In this document: piece by piece, positions 45,450 to 58,654 of the stretch
How the letters are laid out: every line of letters begins with the position of its first letter
How positions within the stretch are numbered: the first letter of the stretch is position 1
The notes under the pieces: model-generated
Databases searched by the model: none
What the model saw: only the letters and a program-made list of their open reading frames with translations
What the model was told of the DNA's origin: nothing
DNA from: an uncultured Nitrososphaerales archaeon
Lineage (GTDB): Archaea > Thermoproteota > Nitrososphaeria > Nitrososphaerales > Nitrososphaeraceae
Assembly (NCBI GenBank): GCA_963709405.1
Contig: CAVPXM010000060.1
Location: 1 to 64,000, forward strand
Direction: 5' to 3'
Length of the DNA: 64,000 nucleotides
Translations under genes and position numbers: made by a program

Positions 45450-46290
45450 ATGTCATTAATGCCAAGATTATTTGACCCCCATATCCATATGTATTCTAGA
45501 ACAACCGATGATTACGAGGCGATGTCAAGAGCTGGAATCGAAATAATAGTTCAGCCTTCATTTTGGCTCGGAAGTCCCAGAAGATTTGTTGGAACCTTTG
45601 AAGACTACTGGGAGAACATGATATCATTCGAACCAAAGAGAGCCAAGGAATTTGGGATCGAACATTATGTATGCATATCTGTCAATCCGAAAGAAGCTGC
45701 CGAGAGACCTCTTGCCATTGATGCAGTTGAGGCAATGGTGAAAAAAGGTTACCTTGAAAGAGATAGAGTAGTAGCAGTTGGCGAAATAGGCTATGATCAA
45801 ATAAATGAATTAGAAGAAGAAATTTTTATCAAGCAATTGGATATAGCGTCTGAAAGAGACATGCTAATGACGATTCATCTTCCACATAAGAACAAGTTAA
45901 AAGGCATACAAAGCATAGAGCGAATCATGAATGTTAACTCAGACAGTAACAAAGTAAAATACAACACCAGGAAAATGCTTATAGACCACAATGTAGAAGA
46001 GACTATCGAAAAAACGCTGGAAATGGGAATGTGGGCTGGCCTATCTGTTTATCCCGTCACAAAATTGTCCCCCGATAGGGCTATTGAAATATTGAAGAAA
46101 TACGGAACAGAACATGTGATGGTTCATAGTGCAGACTGATTGGGGCCGATCCGAACCTCTAAGTGTTCCGATTGTGGCCCGAGAAATGAGGAAATCTGGC
46201 GAATTTAGTGAGAATGAGATTGAAAAGGTTACATTTTCTAATGCACTAGAATTCTTCAAGCAATCACCAAAATTTACCTGGAGGCCATGA
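45450..46290 (+). CDS. TatD-family metallohydrolase (EboB-like), frameshift ~46138
   Basis: DPHIHMYSRTTDDY, QPSFWLG, NPKEA, GEIGYD, IHLP, DH; C-terminus DWGRSEPLSVP..FTWRP* in another frame. Confidence 0.85.
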
Positions 46291-47477
46291 GGACATTTTC
46301 GATGGATGCAGAATAACGATCCGATGATGTGACAGCGACAGCATCAAAAAGGAATATTATGAAAGCGCTCTGTATGGTTATTTAGTAGCCCGGCTTAAGT
46401 AGGCGTTACTTTCAAATTTCTTAGAGTTGCAATCGTGGCTTAAAGTTATCATATGTGTACCTCTTAATTGCGTTGTGTCTATCAAATCACTGCGGAGTTG
46501 ATCTTTTGTCTAGTCAAGTTACCATAAAATGCGTGTAATTCCGTCGTTAAATCTCCGACAAACCTAGAATAAATTTTAAGGTACGATTCCTATGAAAACT
46601 ATGAAAACGCGAATTGGATTAGTCTATACATTATCGGTTGAAACTGATTTGTCATATCTAGATATAACATGGTATACATCTACAAGACTAACCCAGATGA
46701 GAAGAAATTCGTCAACGAGCTTGAAAGCGTTTCTCCAATTCTGCAGGTATTAGAAAACGATAAGTTTTAGAACATTCGATGAGCGGTACCGTATGTAAGC
46801 ACAGAATTACTCAGATACTTTCAGAAATTACAGAAGTATTTCTCCGCTTAATAATGGTCTCAGATGCAATACGATGATAGTAGAATAATAGACCTGTCTT
46901 ATCAAATTAATACCGTATTAGGTTCTGCGCAAATGTACTTGTCATGATTAGCTTGCACTGCTCTTGTATTCAGATCTATGTACTCATCGTTTGGCAGCAT
47001 TTATTTTAGAATACTAAAAAGCGTGACTTTAATGATCATTAGCAATTTAATTCAAGTATATAATACCAAATTACCCTTCCAGGTCTATTTGATTTGATAT
47101 CTGATGTAGTTAGCTTTTATGATACAATAACCAAAAAAAGAAGTGACTATCGGTTCATATGCCAATCATAATCAATGAGCTTTATCGTCTTTCCTAATGA
47201 GCCAAAATCTCATTTGTGACTGTCATTCCCAATGATACTTGAATTTGTCTATGACAGATGCCTTTGTAGCGTATCCACGCAGAAGAACAGATGATCGTTC
47301 TGGGGACTTAGAAACGGATTTGTGATTTCGATGCTTAATATGTTGTATACTGCTCATTACGCATTATTGTACGCGGACAATGCAGATAATGGAGCTTTTT
47401 AGGCTATGGATCATGCAAATCTGAAGCTAATTTAAATGGTAAAGTATTAACGAGACGTATTGCAATTGAGTTGCTAG

Positions 47478-49808
<2,331 letters not shown>

Positions 49809-50034
49809 ACATTTTCTCAAACAGGAATAGTCAATCAGAATCAAATCCCTTGTTACTGGTGAACGCCGAACAATCTTCCGAATCAAAGTCAGCGTCAGAA
49901 AGATTGTCGACTGCATATTTCGTCTAGTTCTTTGCGATTCAAGAATCTCAGTATTAAAAGATTTTTATTATTTATGGTTCACAACCATTAGTTCATTTCA
50001 AGGATAAGTATGAATTTAGTAGTCTTCACCGCAT

Positions 50035-50580
50035 TCACCGCCACTCTTCGATTTCAGTTATTCGTTTAATTTTCTCAAGCCACGACCCGTTTAGCTCTTT
50101 GGTGACTGATCCTTCCGAACGTTTAAGATCCAATCCTTTTGGCTTATCTGTTCTTACTGTGTTATCATTTGTCAATTGTTTAAATTCACCTGACAATGAC
50201 TCATCTGTATCAGATGGCACTTGTTGCATTTCTCTTGAGCCTTCAGTAATTAAGTTCTCATCTTGTCTAAAGTGCCCCGACCTAACTTCAGAAGCCTCGT
50301 CTACTTTAAGGTTAGGCGATTGGTTATTTTCAGCACCATTCTCTTCTGCCTGCATTCCTAAATTTCTTGTATCTTCCATATCTCGCACCACAGCTACTAC
50401 ATTTTCTCTATTACTTGTAATGCTATAGCCCAGACACTCTTTGATTAATGAGACTTGTCCTAATATTTGGCCCTTGCCACAATCCGTGAAACCATTTGCT
50501 TGCAAGAAATTCATATATTTTATTAATACATTACATTCTGAAAGTTTTACTTTTGCTTCTTCTGTTGAAATTATGCCCAT
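50035..50580 (-). CDS. hypothetical protein
   Basis: 181-aa ATG ORF, acidic low-complexity centre. Confidence 0.55.
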   Translation of the reverse strand: MGIISTEEAKVKLSECNVLIKYMNFLQANGFTDCGKGQILGQVSLIKECLGYSITSNRENVVAVVRDMEDTRNLGMQAEENGAENNQSPNLKVDEASEVRSGHFRQDENLITEGSREMQQVPSDTDESLSGEFKQLTNDNTVRTDKPKGLDLKRSEGSVTKELNGSWLEKIKRITEIEEWR

Positions 50581-51524
50581 ATGCTCAAGATGGATATCAC
50601 ATTTTTTTTAAATCTATTATAGTATAATCATTTTGCTAAATTGTATCTAAAAAGCTGATGTACCAATAATTGGACGAATATATTGCCCATTCAAATTAAG
50701 CACCAGTTGTAGAACAAGATGAGAGTAGGAGCTTGCCGGTATGTACATCGTACGTTTGTAAAAATCCGAATGACGAAACGTTCGTATAGATAGATAATTA
50801 ATGGTATAAAGATTTTGACAGTAGGCAGATAAAAATTCTCTCTTGTTTTGATCGTTATTATCACAATCAACTAGCATGTTAAGGCAATATGATAGTTATG
50901 AATATGTAGTCCAGAACAAGCACAAAAATTACATCACATAAGTAGTGGAATATTTAGACCAATGGTTACTCAAATGTCATGATATAGTTGTATGATGAAT
51001 GACCGTAGCTATTTGAATAATATGCCACCTGCTATCGACCCCGGATAAGGTGCGTCGGCTAACGATAAGGCATCCAATAGCATTCTACCTAAATGCAGGC
51101 AATAGATCCAAGCAGCTGAATATCACAAACATTCTACACTCTCTCTGATTTTTGTGAAATTTACTTTACCATAGCTGGATACCTAAGCATAATGGTCAGT
51201 GACTATTCTTGTTTGTCATAAATAAGATAACAAACTTTGGAGGATTGAATCGACGGTTTAGGAAGAATCAATTAGCCATTATATGAATAATTAAAACACA
51301 TAGAAATCTAGCTTCAGAGATTATTCTCAAGGTATCATGCCGAAATGAGATCTCGAAACTCAACGAATTGATAATTGTGCTGACTAATAGTAGTGTTGAA
51401 GCCATTTCAATCTTGATAAATGGATCGTGTATTTTTTGAACCTAAATATTATGTTAAAATTCAAACCCTATGATGATTTAGCAGAAATCTTTTATAGTAT
51501 AAACTTCTATTTTTTACTTTACTA

Positions 51525-51767
51525 ATGAGCTTACTGGAAATAGACGGTGGTATCAAGGGTGATAGTAACAGAGAGTCTTGTGCTAGAGATCCTCGAAAAG
51601 CAAGTTTCCGGGAAATGCATTTTTTAGTTTGTAATCTGTGTTTTTGGTGTGCTACCTCATGGATGAATTTAGACGAGCTTCATATTATTGGGTGTCCTTC
51701 ATGCGGTAGTGAAAGCATATTCGAATCGATGCCAATATTTGATAGCGAGATTTCGAAGATGACGTAA
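51525..51767 (+). CDS. small CxxC..CxxC zinc-ribbon protein
   Basis: HFLVCNLCFWCAT..CPSCGSE..ESMPI; TATA upstream. Confidence 0.7.
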   Translation: MSLLEIDGGIKGDSNRESCARDPRKASFREMHFLVCNLCFWCATSWMNLDELHIIGCPSCGSESIFESMPIFDSEISKMT

Positions 51768-51842
51768 TCACGGGGTCTGGACTAGAGAATCTTTGCACCA
51801 CAGTATCACACAATTTGTGCTGCTGCAATTGATGTTTGTTAA

Positions 51843-52925
51843 TCAGATTTTATTAGTTACAAACAATTCTATCAACAATTCTTTTAGCTTGCCGATATTA
51901 AATCCAGATTTAGCCGATACTGCCATGGTACGTTCTCTGTTTATCATATCCAATTTATCGATCTTTTCTGACACGCTTTCTAATCCATTGCTTAAATCCG
52001 TCTTGTTTAAAACATAAAAGACCTTGCTAACTGGAACTCCAAGTTCGTTTAACACGCGGATAGAACTATCGTATTTTCTTTTGACTGCCTCGATAGGATC
52101 GCTTATATCCAAAACGAGCAATATGAGTGAGGCATACGTAAGTTCATTTAGTGTAGACCTAAATGCATCAATCATATATGCAGGTAGCTTGCTTATGAAT
52201 CCTACTGTGTCAGATAATAGGAATTTTACATTTTGTACACATATGGCTCTAGTATAAGTAGACAATGTAATAAACATCTTCTGTCCTACATCTTTGGACT
52301 CGCCTGTTAAAGCATTGAACAGCGTAGTTTTACCTGCAGAAGTATAACCTGCAATCGATATCGTTTTAAGACCTAACTTCGACCTTTGGTTCCTATACAA
52401 CTTTCTCCTCCTTTCTTCCCTTTCTAATTTCTTTTTCAAAAGTGTGGCATGATGTCTAATATCCAAGAAAAAAACGTCAGCATCATATTTGCCCATACCA
52501 AAGAAGCCAGGTTGTTCACCCTTTTTGGCAAGTCTGACTTTGTCTCGAGCCCTTACCATATCATATCGCAATTGAGCGAGCTTTATCTGAATCCTTGATT
52601 CGTTACTACTTGCTCTCAATTCGAAGATCTTTAAAATCAAACGTTCTCTATCAATCGTTTCGACTTTGCAAAGCCTAGATAGATTATATTGTTGAGTTGG
52701 TTTTAACACTTCATCGAATATAATCACGTCAATTTTCATGTGATCAACCAGGTCTTTGATTTCCTGTGCCTTTCCACGTCCGACACCATATTTTGAATGA
52801 GTGATATCCTTCTGAGTCACTATTTTCTCAACTGAATATCCAGCAGTATCAGCCAGGGATTTTGCTTCAGCAATAGCATTGTTCTCTGGGTATGTGACCA
52901 GTAGCGTCCTTATTGAACGTGGCAT
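51843..52925 (-). CDS. hflX: GTPase HflX
   Basis: IDRERLILKIF, GYTSAGKT, DTVGF, AFRSTL, NKTD, SAK. Confidence 0.95.
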   Translation of the reverse strand: MPRSIRTLLVTYPENNAIAEAKSLADTAGYSVEKIVTQKDITHSKYGVGRGKAQEIKDLVDHMKIDVIIFDEVLKPTQQYNLSRLCKVETIDRERLILKIFELRASSNESRIQIKLAQLRYDMVRARDKVRLAKKGEQPGFFGMGKYDADVFFLDIRHHATLLKKKLEREERRRKLYRNQRSKLGLKTISIAGYTSAGKTTLFNALTGESKDVGQKMFITLSTYTRAICVQNVKFLLSDTVGFISKLPAYMIDAFRSTLNELTYASLILLVLDISDPIEAVKRKYDSSIRVLNELGVPVSKVFYVLNKTDLSNGLESVSEKIDKLDMINRERTMAVSAKSGFNIGKLKELLIELFVTNKI

Positions 52926-53362
52926 TTATTGAAATATTTAAGATTAGGTATAACTATGTTTCTGGTTTGCCTTCCTAGACAATCCTGATTTGCAGGATAA
53001 AATCGAATAGAGTAGGTTTGAAAATCCTACTGATTTGCTCCAATGCTCCTTTAGTTAGAGTAATGCTCATTTATGGATTAGAAACGAAATCCTATTGTGG
53101 AACGTGTTTCTCTGATTTAGTAACCGATATTATATCAAGGACTTTGGAATTGTATAAATAAAAATATAGTCGATATCTAATGATTGGGATGCTACTATCT
53201 TATTGAATATAATGAACATACTACAAGAAATCGTATATCACCAAATTAATTTAGATTGAGAATATAGCAAATTAAAAAATTTGTTGGCTGATATTTAATG
53301 CAATTTAGAACTGAAGAATCAAATTATTTCAAAATTGAAAAGGCCAACTTTGTTCGATGTAT

Positions 53363-53635
53363 TTATCTTGAAACAATGGTATTTGTCATGGAAACAACTT
53401 CATTCAATCCATAATATATATTTAGGAACCGGTCTCCTTTTTCTGTAGTTTTGTATGTACGTCGAAAGTCGTCATAAACTAGTAACTCATTTTGACGTAA
53501 AAGTACCAAGTAGCTTTTCAAATGATGGTATGACAAATATGCCGTATACATTATTCTTTTCTGGGTCGCACCATTGGTTTCACTGGCGTTTTGTAAAATC
53601 AGCGCAATTATTTCTAACCTATTCCTATGCTTCAT
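53363..53635 (-). CDS. winged helix-turn-helix regulator (archaeal ArnR1/HTH_45-like)
   Basis: HRNRLEIIALIL..IMYTAYLSY..LKSYL..YKTTEKG..FL. Confidence 0.85.
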   Translation of the reverse strand: MKHRNRLEIIALILQNASETNGATQKRIMYTAYLSYHHLKSYLVLLRQNELLVYDDFRRTYKTTEKGDRFLNIYYGLNEVVSMTNTIVSR

Positions 53636-54210
53636 TATATCAACATGATTACTAACTTAAAATAAAAACTACGCTGTTGAGTATTATAGTAATATTTTTT
53701 TATTCATGTGATGAAATCTTTCAATATATATTTTTAATATTATATCATATAATGATATAATTCGGAACGTACATAGAGTCGATTCCGCTGTAATACTTGG
53801 AGATGCATCATCATGAGAGGCAGGTTCACAACTCATCCGATTGCCAATCATACTATGCAAAAGCGACTACAATGCCCTAAAAGCTTTCAGAGTTGAACAT
53901 TCCAATTCATTTGAACGAACAAAATATCCCTAAAAATTGCAGTACTATGGAATATCTGTAACTTTTGGGCTTGTTTTTAGTTGCGCTTCCAAAAGACGCT
54001 AATATCTATTGACAGTGCACTACTCCAGAAGTTCGATATAGATAGATAGATGACATGATGTGATCAAGATTGACTATGGCAACATTTAATGCTATTCCAT
54101 ATTATCGATCAATGAATATGGAAGAGTGGAGATACATTAAATAATCTATGGCAATGTTATTTTGATGCAATACGTCTCCAAAGCTCAAGATATTATTAAT
54201 TTTTGGAATT

Positions 54211-54933
54211 ATGGCCATTTTTGGACTTGGTGTGAGCATTGCCATTATTGCCATTGGCGGTGGTTTTGCTAGTCCAGTCTCCATTTTTAAGCCACCCACA
54301 AGTGCTAATTTGTGGATAATAGGTAAAACAATTCATCCAGGAACTACTTTGAACTATTCATTGACGAGAATAGGTGGTCATGCCTCTCCGTGGAGCAGTC
54401 TAGGAGAACATAGCTCGCTTCTAAATTCGACTGTATCGATGAAGTTTGTGCAGGATAGATCCGATAAAAATAGCCAGAATCTTTGGAAGGTATTATTATC
54501 CGTAGCTAATGATACGAATGCAAAAAATATGTCAAGTTTAAGAAATAAAACTGATGGAATAGTCTTAATGTCAAAGCAACAGTTAACCAATGCCGGACCA
54601 ATAACTGCCCATTTTTCACCATACTATGAACCAGTAGAATCTTCGATCTTGGAAATCAGAGATATTGCATTACAGCCTGAATATCTAGTTGTGGGTGCGG
54701 AATGGAATTCAATATCTACGGATGTAAATACAATTCCCGTAAAAGTGACGGCCCAGGAAAATATACATACTAATGCAGGGACATTTAACGCTTATGTATT
54801 AAGCTATACCTTAGGTCCCAAAACTAGCCGTATTTGGATATCTCCTGAACTTCCTTTGCCAATAAGAGCTGAGGTATTTAATAGCCAAGGTCAGCTTCAA
54901 TACAAGTACGATCTGACTTCCTTTAAAAAATAA
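54211..54933 (+). CDS. hypothetical membrane-anchored/secreted protein
   Basis: N-terminal hydrophobic helix; TNAGTFNAY..SRIWI..LPLPI. Confidence 0.7.
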   Translation: MAIFGLGVSIAIIAIGGGFASPVSIFKPPTSANLWIIGKTIHPGTTLNYSLTRIGGHASPWSSLGEHSSLLNSTVSMKFVQDRSDKNSQNLWKVLLSVANDTNAKNMSSLRNKTDGIVLMSKQQLTNAGPITAHFSPYYEPVESSILEIRDIALQPEYLVVGAEWNSISTDVNTIPVKVTAQENIHTNAGTFNAYVLSYTLGPKTSRIWISPELPLPIRAEVFNSQGQLQYKYDLTSFKK

Positions 54934-55320
54934 TTGAAATTTATTGATACATTAACCGAGAATGTTATATCATCGTCAAACTATTTCCATTGCACATGCT
55001 GTCAGGTGATGGTTTTATATCCGTTTATTAGGGGTCTTTAGAAACCTTCAATCTTAATCAACCTATTTCTTTTGAGAAGATATTTGACGTACATTCCTTA
55101 GCATACTCCTAATTATTTATTACGAAATGACAAGCAATCATAACATGGCCTTTTATGAAGCCTGGGATATAGTTTATGAATTGTGTAATGACCTGGCATA
55201 TCTGCAAAATAATGCCTCAGGTTAAAAATAATTGTTATATATTAGTTTGACAATTGTCTGATTGAACTGCTAACGTTAACTAGAGATCTTTCATCAGAAA
55301 AGAAAGGATATAATAGACGC

Positions 55321-55548
55321 TTGTCAGGACTTAGCGCAGCGGTTTACGTTTTGGATTGCTTATACAAAGGCCAAAGTGAAAGTCAAATTATGCAGAATAT
55401 GGGCTGGAATGAGCAGGTAATTTCATCATGGATGAAGTTTCTTACAGATAATAGATGGATCGAAAAAGAGAATTTCTATGGGTCTAAATGGACAGTGTCT
55501 GACAATGGTAAGCTTTGGATCAAAAGGTATGGGTTTTCAATTAGGTGA
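55321..55548 (+). CDS. small winged-helix-like protein
   Basis: WMKFLTDNRWIE..WTVSDNGKLWI pattern. Confidence 0.55.
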   Translation: MSGLSAAVYVLDCLYKGQSESQIMQNMGWNEQVISSWMKFLTDNRWIEKENFYGSKWTVSDNGKLWIKRYGFSIR

Positions 55549-55785
55549 TCGACCCGATTTCATTATCTAATATCTTGATTGGTCATGGTCAGCAATAGGT
55601 CAATATAACAAGTGTGGCCAGTTTAATACGGATCATGTTCATTGATCACGGAATATTATAATACTTTAAAATTTTAGAAAAAATACGATAATATTCAGGA
55701 ATTCTTATTGATGAAATATCGGTACAACATAATAAAAGAGGATACATTTAGACTTCTGCATTCTCCTGCGATTGCTACATTCACA

Positions 55786-57367
55786 CTATCTCATGTTCTT
55801 TACATAAAGCAATGGTTCGCTTGTCGAGTAAGAGGGACCACTAAAATATCCATGACCATCACTATCGCAGGCAGTGGAGGCTTTTGACGCGAAATTTATA
55901 AGTGAATTCTTCACCTCAGCTGGTGAGGCATTAGGATGAGATGCCTTGTAAAGCGCAGCTGCTCCCGCAACATGAGGAGCTGCCATGCTAGTCCCACTTA
56001 ACGTGGTGTAGGAGCCACCAGTATAAGTTGAAAGGATATTCACTCCAGGGGCAGCAATTGTTATCTTGGGTCCGTAATCGCTAAACGTAGCGAATGTATC
56101 ATCGTTGCCATACTGTGTAGGTTGACCGAGTCCGCCACACTTGCCATCGCTGTCGGCAATGGCAGAAACAGCAATTACATTAGGGTTGGATGCCGGAGAA
56201 AAGTTTGATGCATCTGCCCCACTATTTCCAGCAGCAGCCACAAAGGTTATTCCAGCGGACACGGCGCTATTAATGGCTGCATTAAGCGCAGAAGAATCGC
56301 ACCGGCAACCAAAACTCAAATTTACAACATCGATTTCATTGGCGTGTTGTGTTATGTAGTCTATCCCTGCTATAACATCTGACATTGCACCTGCTCCACT
56401 ACTGTCTAAGACCTTAACGGCCCAAAGTCTTGCACCTGGAGCTACACCTACCACACCAATTGAATTGTCTTTCGCAGCTGCAATTCCAGCCACGTGTGTG
56501 CCATGACCATTATCATCATTAGCTGAGGAAGTCCCAGCGACAAATGTCTTTTGGGCATAAACGTTCAGGTCAGGATGGGTCAAGTCTATGCCACTGTCCA
56601 AAATTGCGATATCTGCATTCACCGAGTTGCCCCCTCCTGTGCCCCCAGACTGTGTGGCAGATTTAGCAACGTTAGAATTTAATGGACCTGCTCCTATTCT
56701 CTCTACACCAGTTGGCACAACTTGAGAAAACATGTGTACTTCTTGATCCCGTTCCACGTACGCGACTCTAGGATCATCCTTTAGACTCGTTAAGAGGTTT
56801 GAATTATCTTCTACCTTTACGGTATATCCACTAAGAGCATTATGATAAATATTAAGAATTTCTGCACCTTTACTCCTCATCTCATTAGCCATTGTTCTTA
56901 TTTCATTACCGTTTGGAATGTCGGATCTTCCCGAAGTCGACAGAGTGTTGGCCTCTTGCTTAAGAACTACAATGTATTGACCTCCTATTGCCTGACGTGC
57001 TTCTTTTTGCAAGGCGAGCCTCGACGAGATAGAATTATCTGTAATATCTGCAGTATTTAAAACTGGATCTTGTTTGCTGCCTGCTCAATATTTTTCCAAA
57101 ATTGGGAATCGTGTAAGGCACATCACTTTGTACCATTGGCGTAATAGAGCTTTGTGAAAACGGCGAATGATCAGCAAAGACTGATGACGAGGAAAACGAA
57201 GGAGAGTTACTCAAAGAATTCGTGATCTCAAGTCGATTTTCCCGAAATTGGTCCTGCAAAGCGAAGGCAGAATTGTTCCTATAATGACCTATCATACTAA
57301 AAGATGCTGAGAATAAAGAGACTGCCAAGGCAAAAAAAAGTGCAATCTTCCTAATATTAATTTCCAT
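55786..57367 (-). CDS. secreted subtilisin-like S8 protease with I9 propeptide (frameshift ~57075)
   Basis: Signal peptide in 57035..57367; YIVVLK..VAYVERDQ propeptide; catalytic ILDSG, HGTHVAG, GTSMAAPHVAG. Confidence 0.92.
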
Positions 57368-57912
57368 TCGTATTTATGCACAGCTAATCTGTATAAATGA
57401 AATATGACGAATAGTACCTGTTATTTTCTAGACATCAATTCTATCCTATAAAAATAGATTTTTTCTAACATAAATAAGGGCATGCATATCGCAGTCCCTA
57501 ACGAAATCACTTCTATCAATTTATTAGCTACTAATCAGCTTGATAAAAGATATATGGATCGGTTTTTGGTTGTGGGTTATAAGACACATATTGTCATTTG
57601 CTCGGAGAAATGGCGAATGGGGCCATCTAGAACTAGAAAATGGTTTATGTAACACCAGACCACCAACTCTATATATTGCAGAAAGTGTCGCACAGGATAG
57701 GCGATGAAACTAGTTAACTATTTCAAAAATTCTTGCAGCGCCAGAATACATCTTTCAAAAGACTATCTTATTTGTCATCGCTATTTCAAACAATGCTCCA
57801 TGATATCACAGTAATCTAAAATTATGAATTTGTGACCACATGATTTTTCATTTGTATAGCGTGGAGCAGATTTGCCTACTTAAAATAGACTAAAGTGGAG
57901 TCTAGTCTAAGT

Positions 57913-58245
57913 TCACCTCTTTATAAGCTGTAATGCCAAACCCTGCTGATTTAAGTTAACCTCTAACGACTTTATCTGACTCCGATAATAAAGGATTTTC
58001 TTACCTTTACTATCAAATCTAATTTTTTCAATTGAAATTAGACCAGTATTGTATAATTTTTGAATTTTTCTATATGTGGAACTCAAAGGCAACTTGTATT
58101 CAGAGCAGATTTCAGACGCCGTTTTCGATGAATTCATAGTAGATGAGATTATACTATAAGTGACCTTATCAGCTATCTCTCTTAACATACGAAGGACATT
58201 AGGGTCGTCATATGGAGAATGGTTAGTTTGGTCAATCATGTTCAT
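57913..58245 (-). CDS. ArsR-like HTH transcriptional regulator
   Basis: KTASEIC..LPLSSTYRKIQKL..GLI..GKK..YRS. Confidence 0.85.
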   Translation of the reverse strand: MNMIDQTNHSPYDDPNVLRMLREIADKVTYSIISSTMNSSKTASEICSEYKLPLSSTYRKIQKLYNTGLISIEKIRFDSKGKKILYYRSQIKSLEVNLNQQGLALQLIKR

Positions 58246-58251
58246 ATCTAG

Positions 58252-58287
58252 TTAGGCTACACTAATTAGGTATACCTAATATTTAAA
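58252..58287 (-). promoter_or_regulatory. two abutting TTAGG-N4-CCTAA-type operators plus TATA box
   Basis: TTAGGCTACACTAA (58252-65), TTAGGTATACCTAA (58266-79, perfect palindrome), then TATTTAAA. Confidence 0.75.
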
Positions 58288-58654
58288 CGGTGTACCGATT
58301 GCAATAGACTACGAACGACTGACTCATTCGTATTGCTAGGTACGACTCATCAGGAAGATTTCCAACGGTTTGTCCATTTATGGAAGCGATCGATATAGTT
58401 AGTCAAGTTCAATAGGTCTAGATGTCTGGATACATATGCCCTACTTGTTAGTTCACTAGGAATTCAGACGAGTCACGGTAAAAGTTCATAATAACGCTAC
58501 GAAGTTCGGGATTATGCAGTGGTTGTTGGCAGAGGGAAAATATAGAATTTATCGGGGGATATCTTAGTTCAGCAGGAACATCCAACTCAAGACTTTACTA
58601 TGACTTAAGACCACTTGCGCTAATACGTTCCGTGTATCCATGCCCAACGAGAAC

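Noticed and set aside
46300-47470. 1.2-kb ORF-poor spacer upstream of cdc48
   Set aside because: Only short ORFs without motifs, and no repeats or RNA features recognised; probably decayed sequence.
51022-51073. GC-richer segment with alternative stems and CCCGGATAA, reminiscent of a twister ribozyme
   Set aside because: Lacks the conserved twister core (UCCCAAGC/GAGGG-type pairing); the structure is ambiguous.
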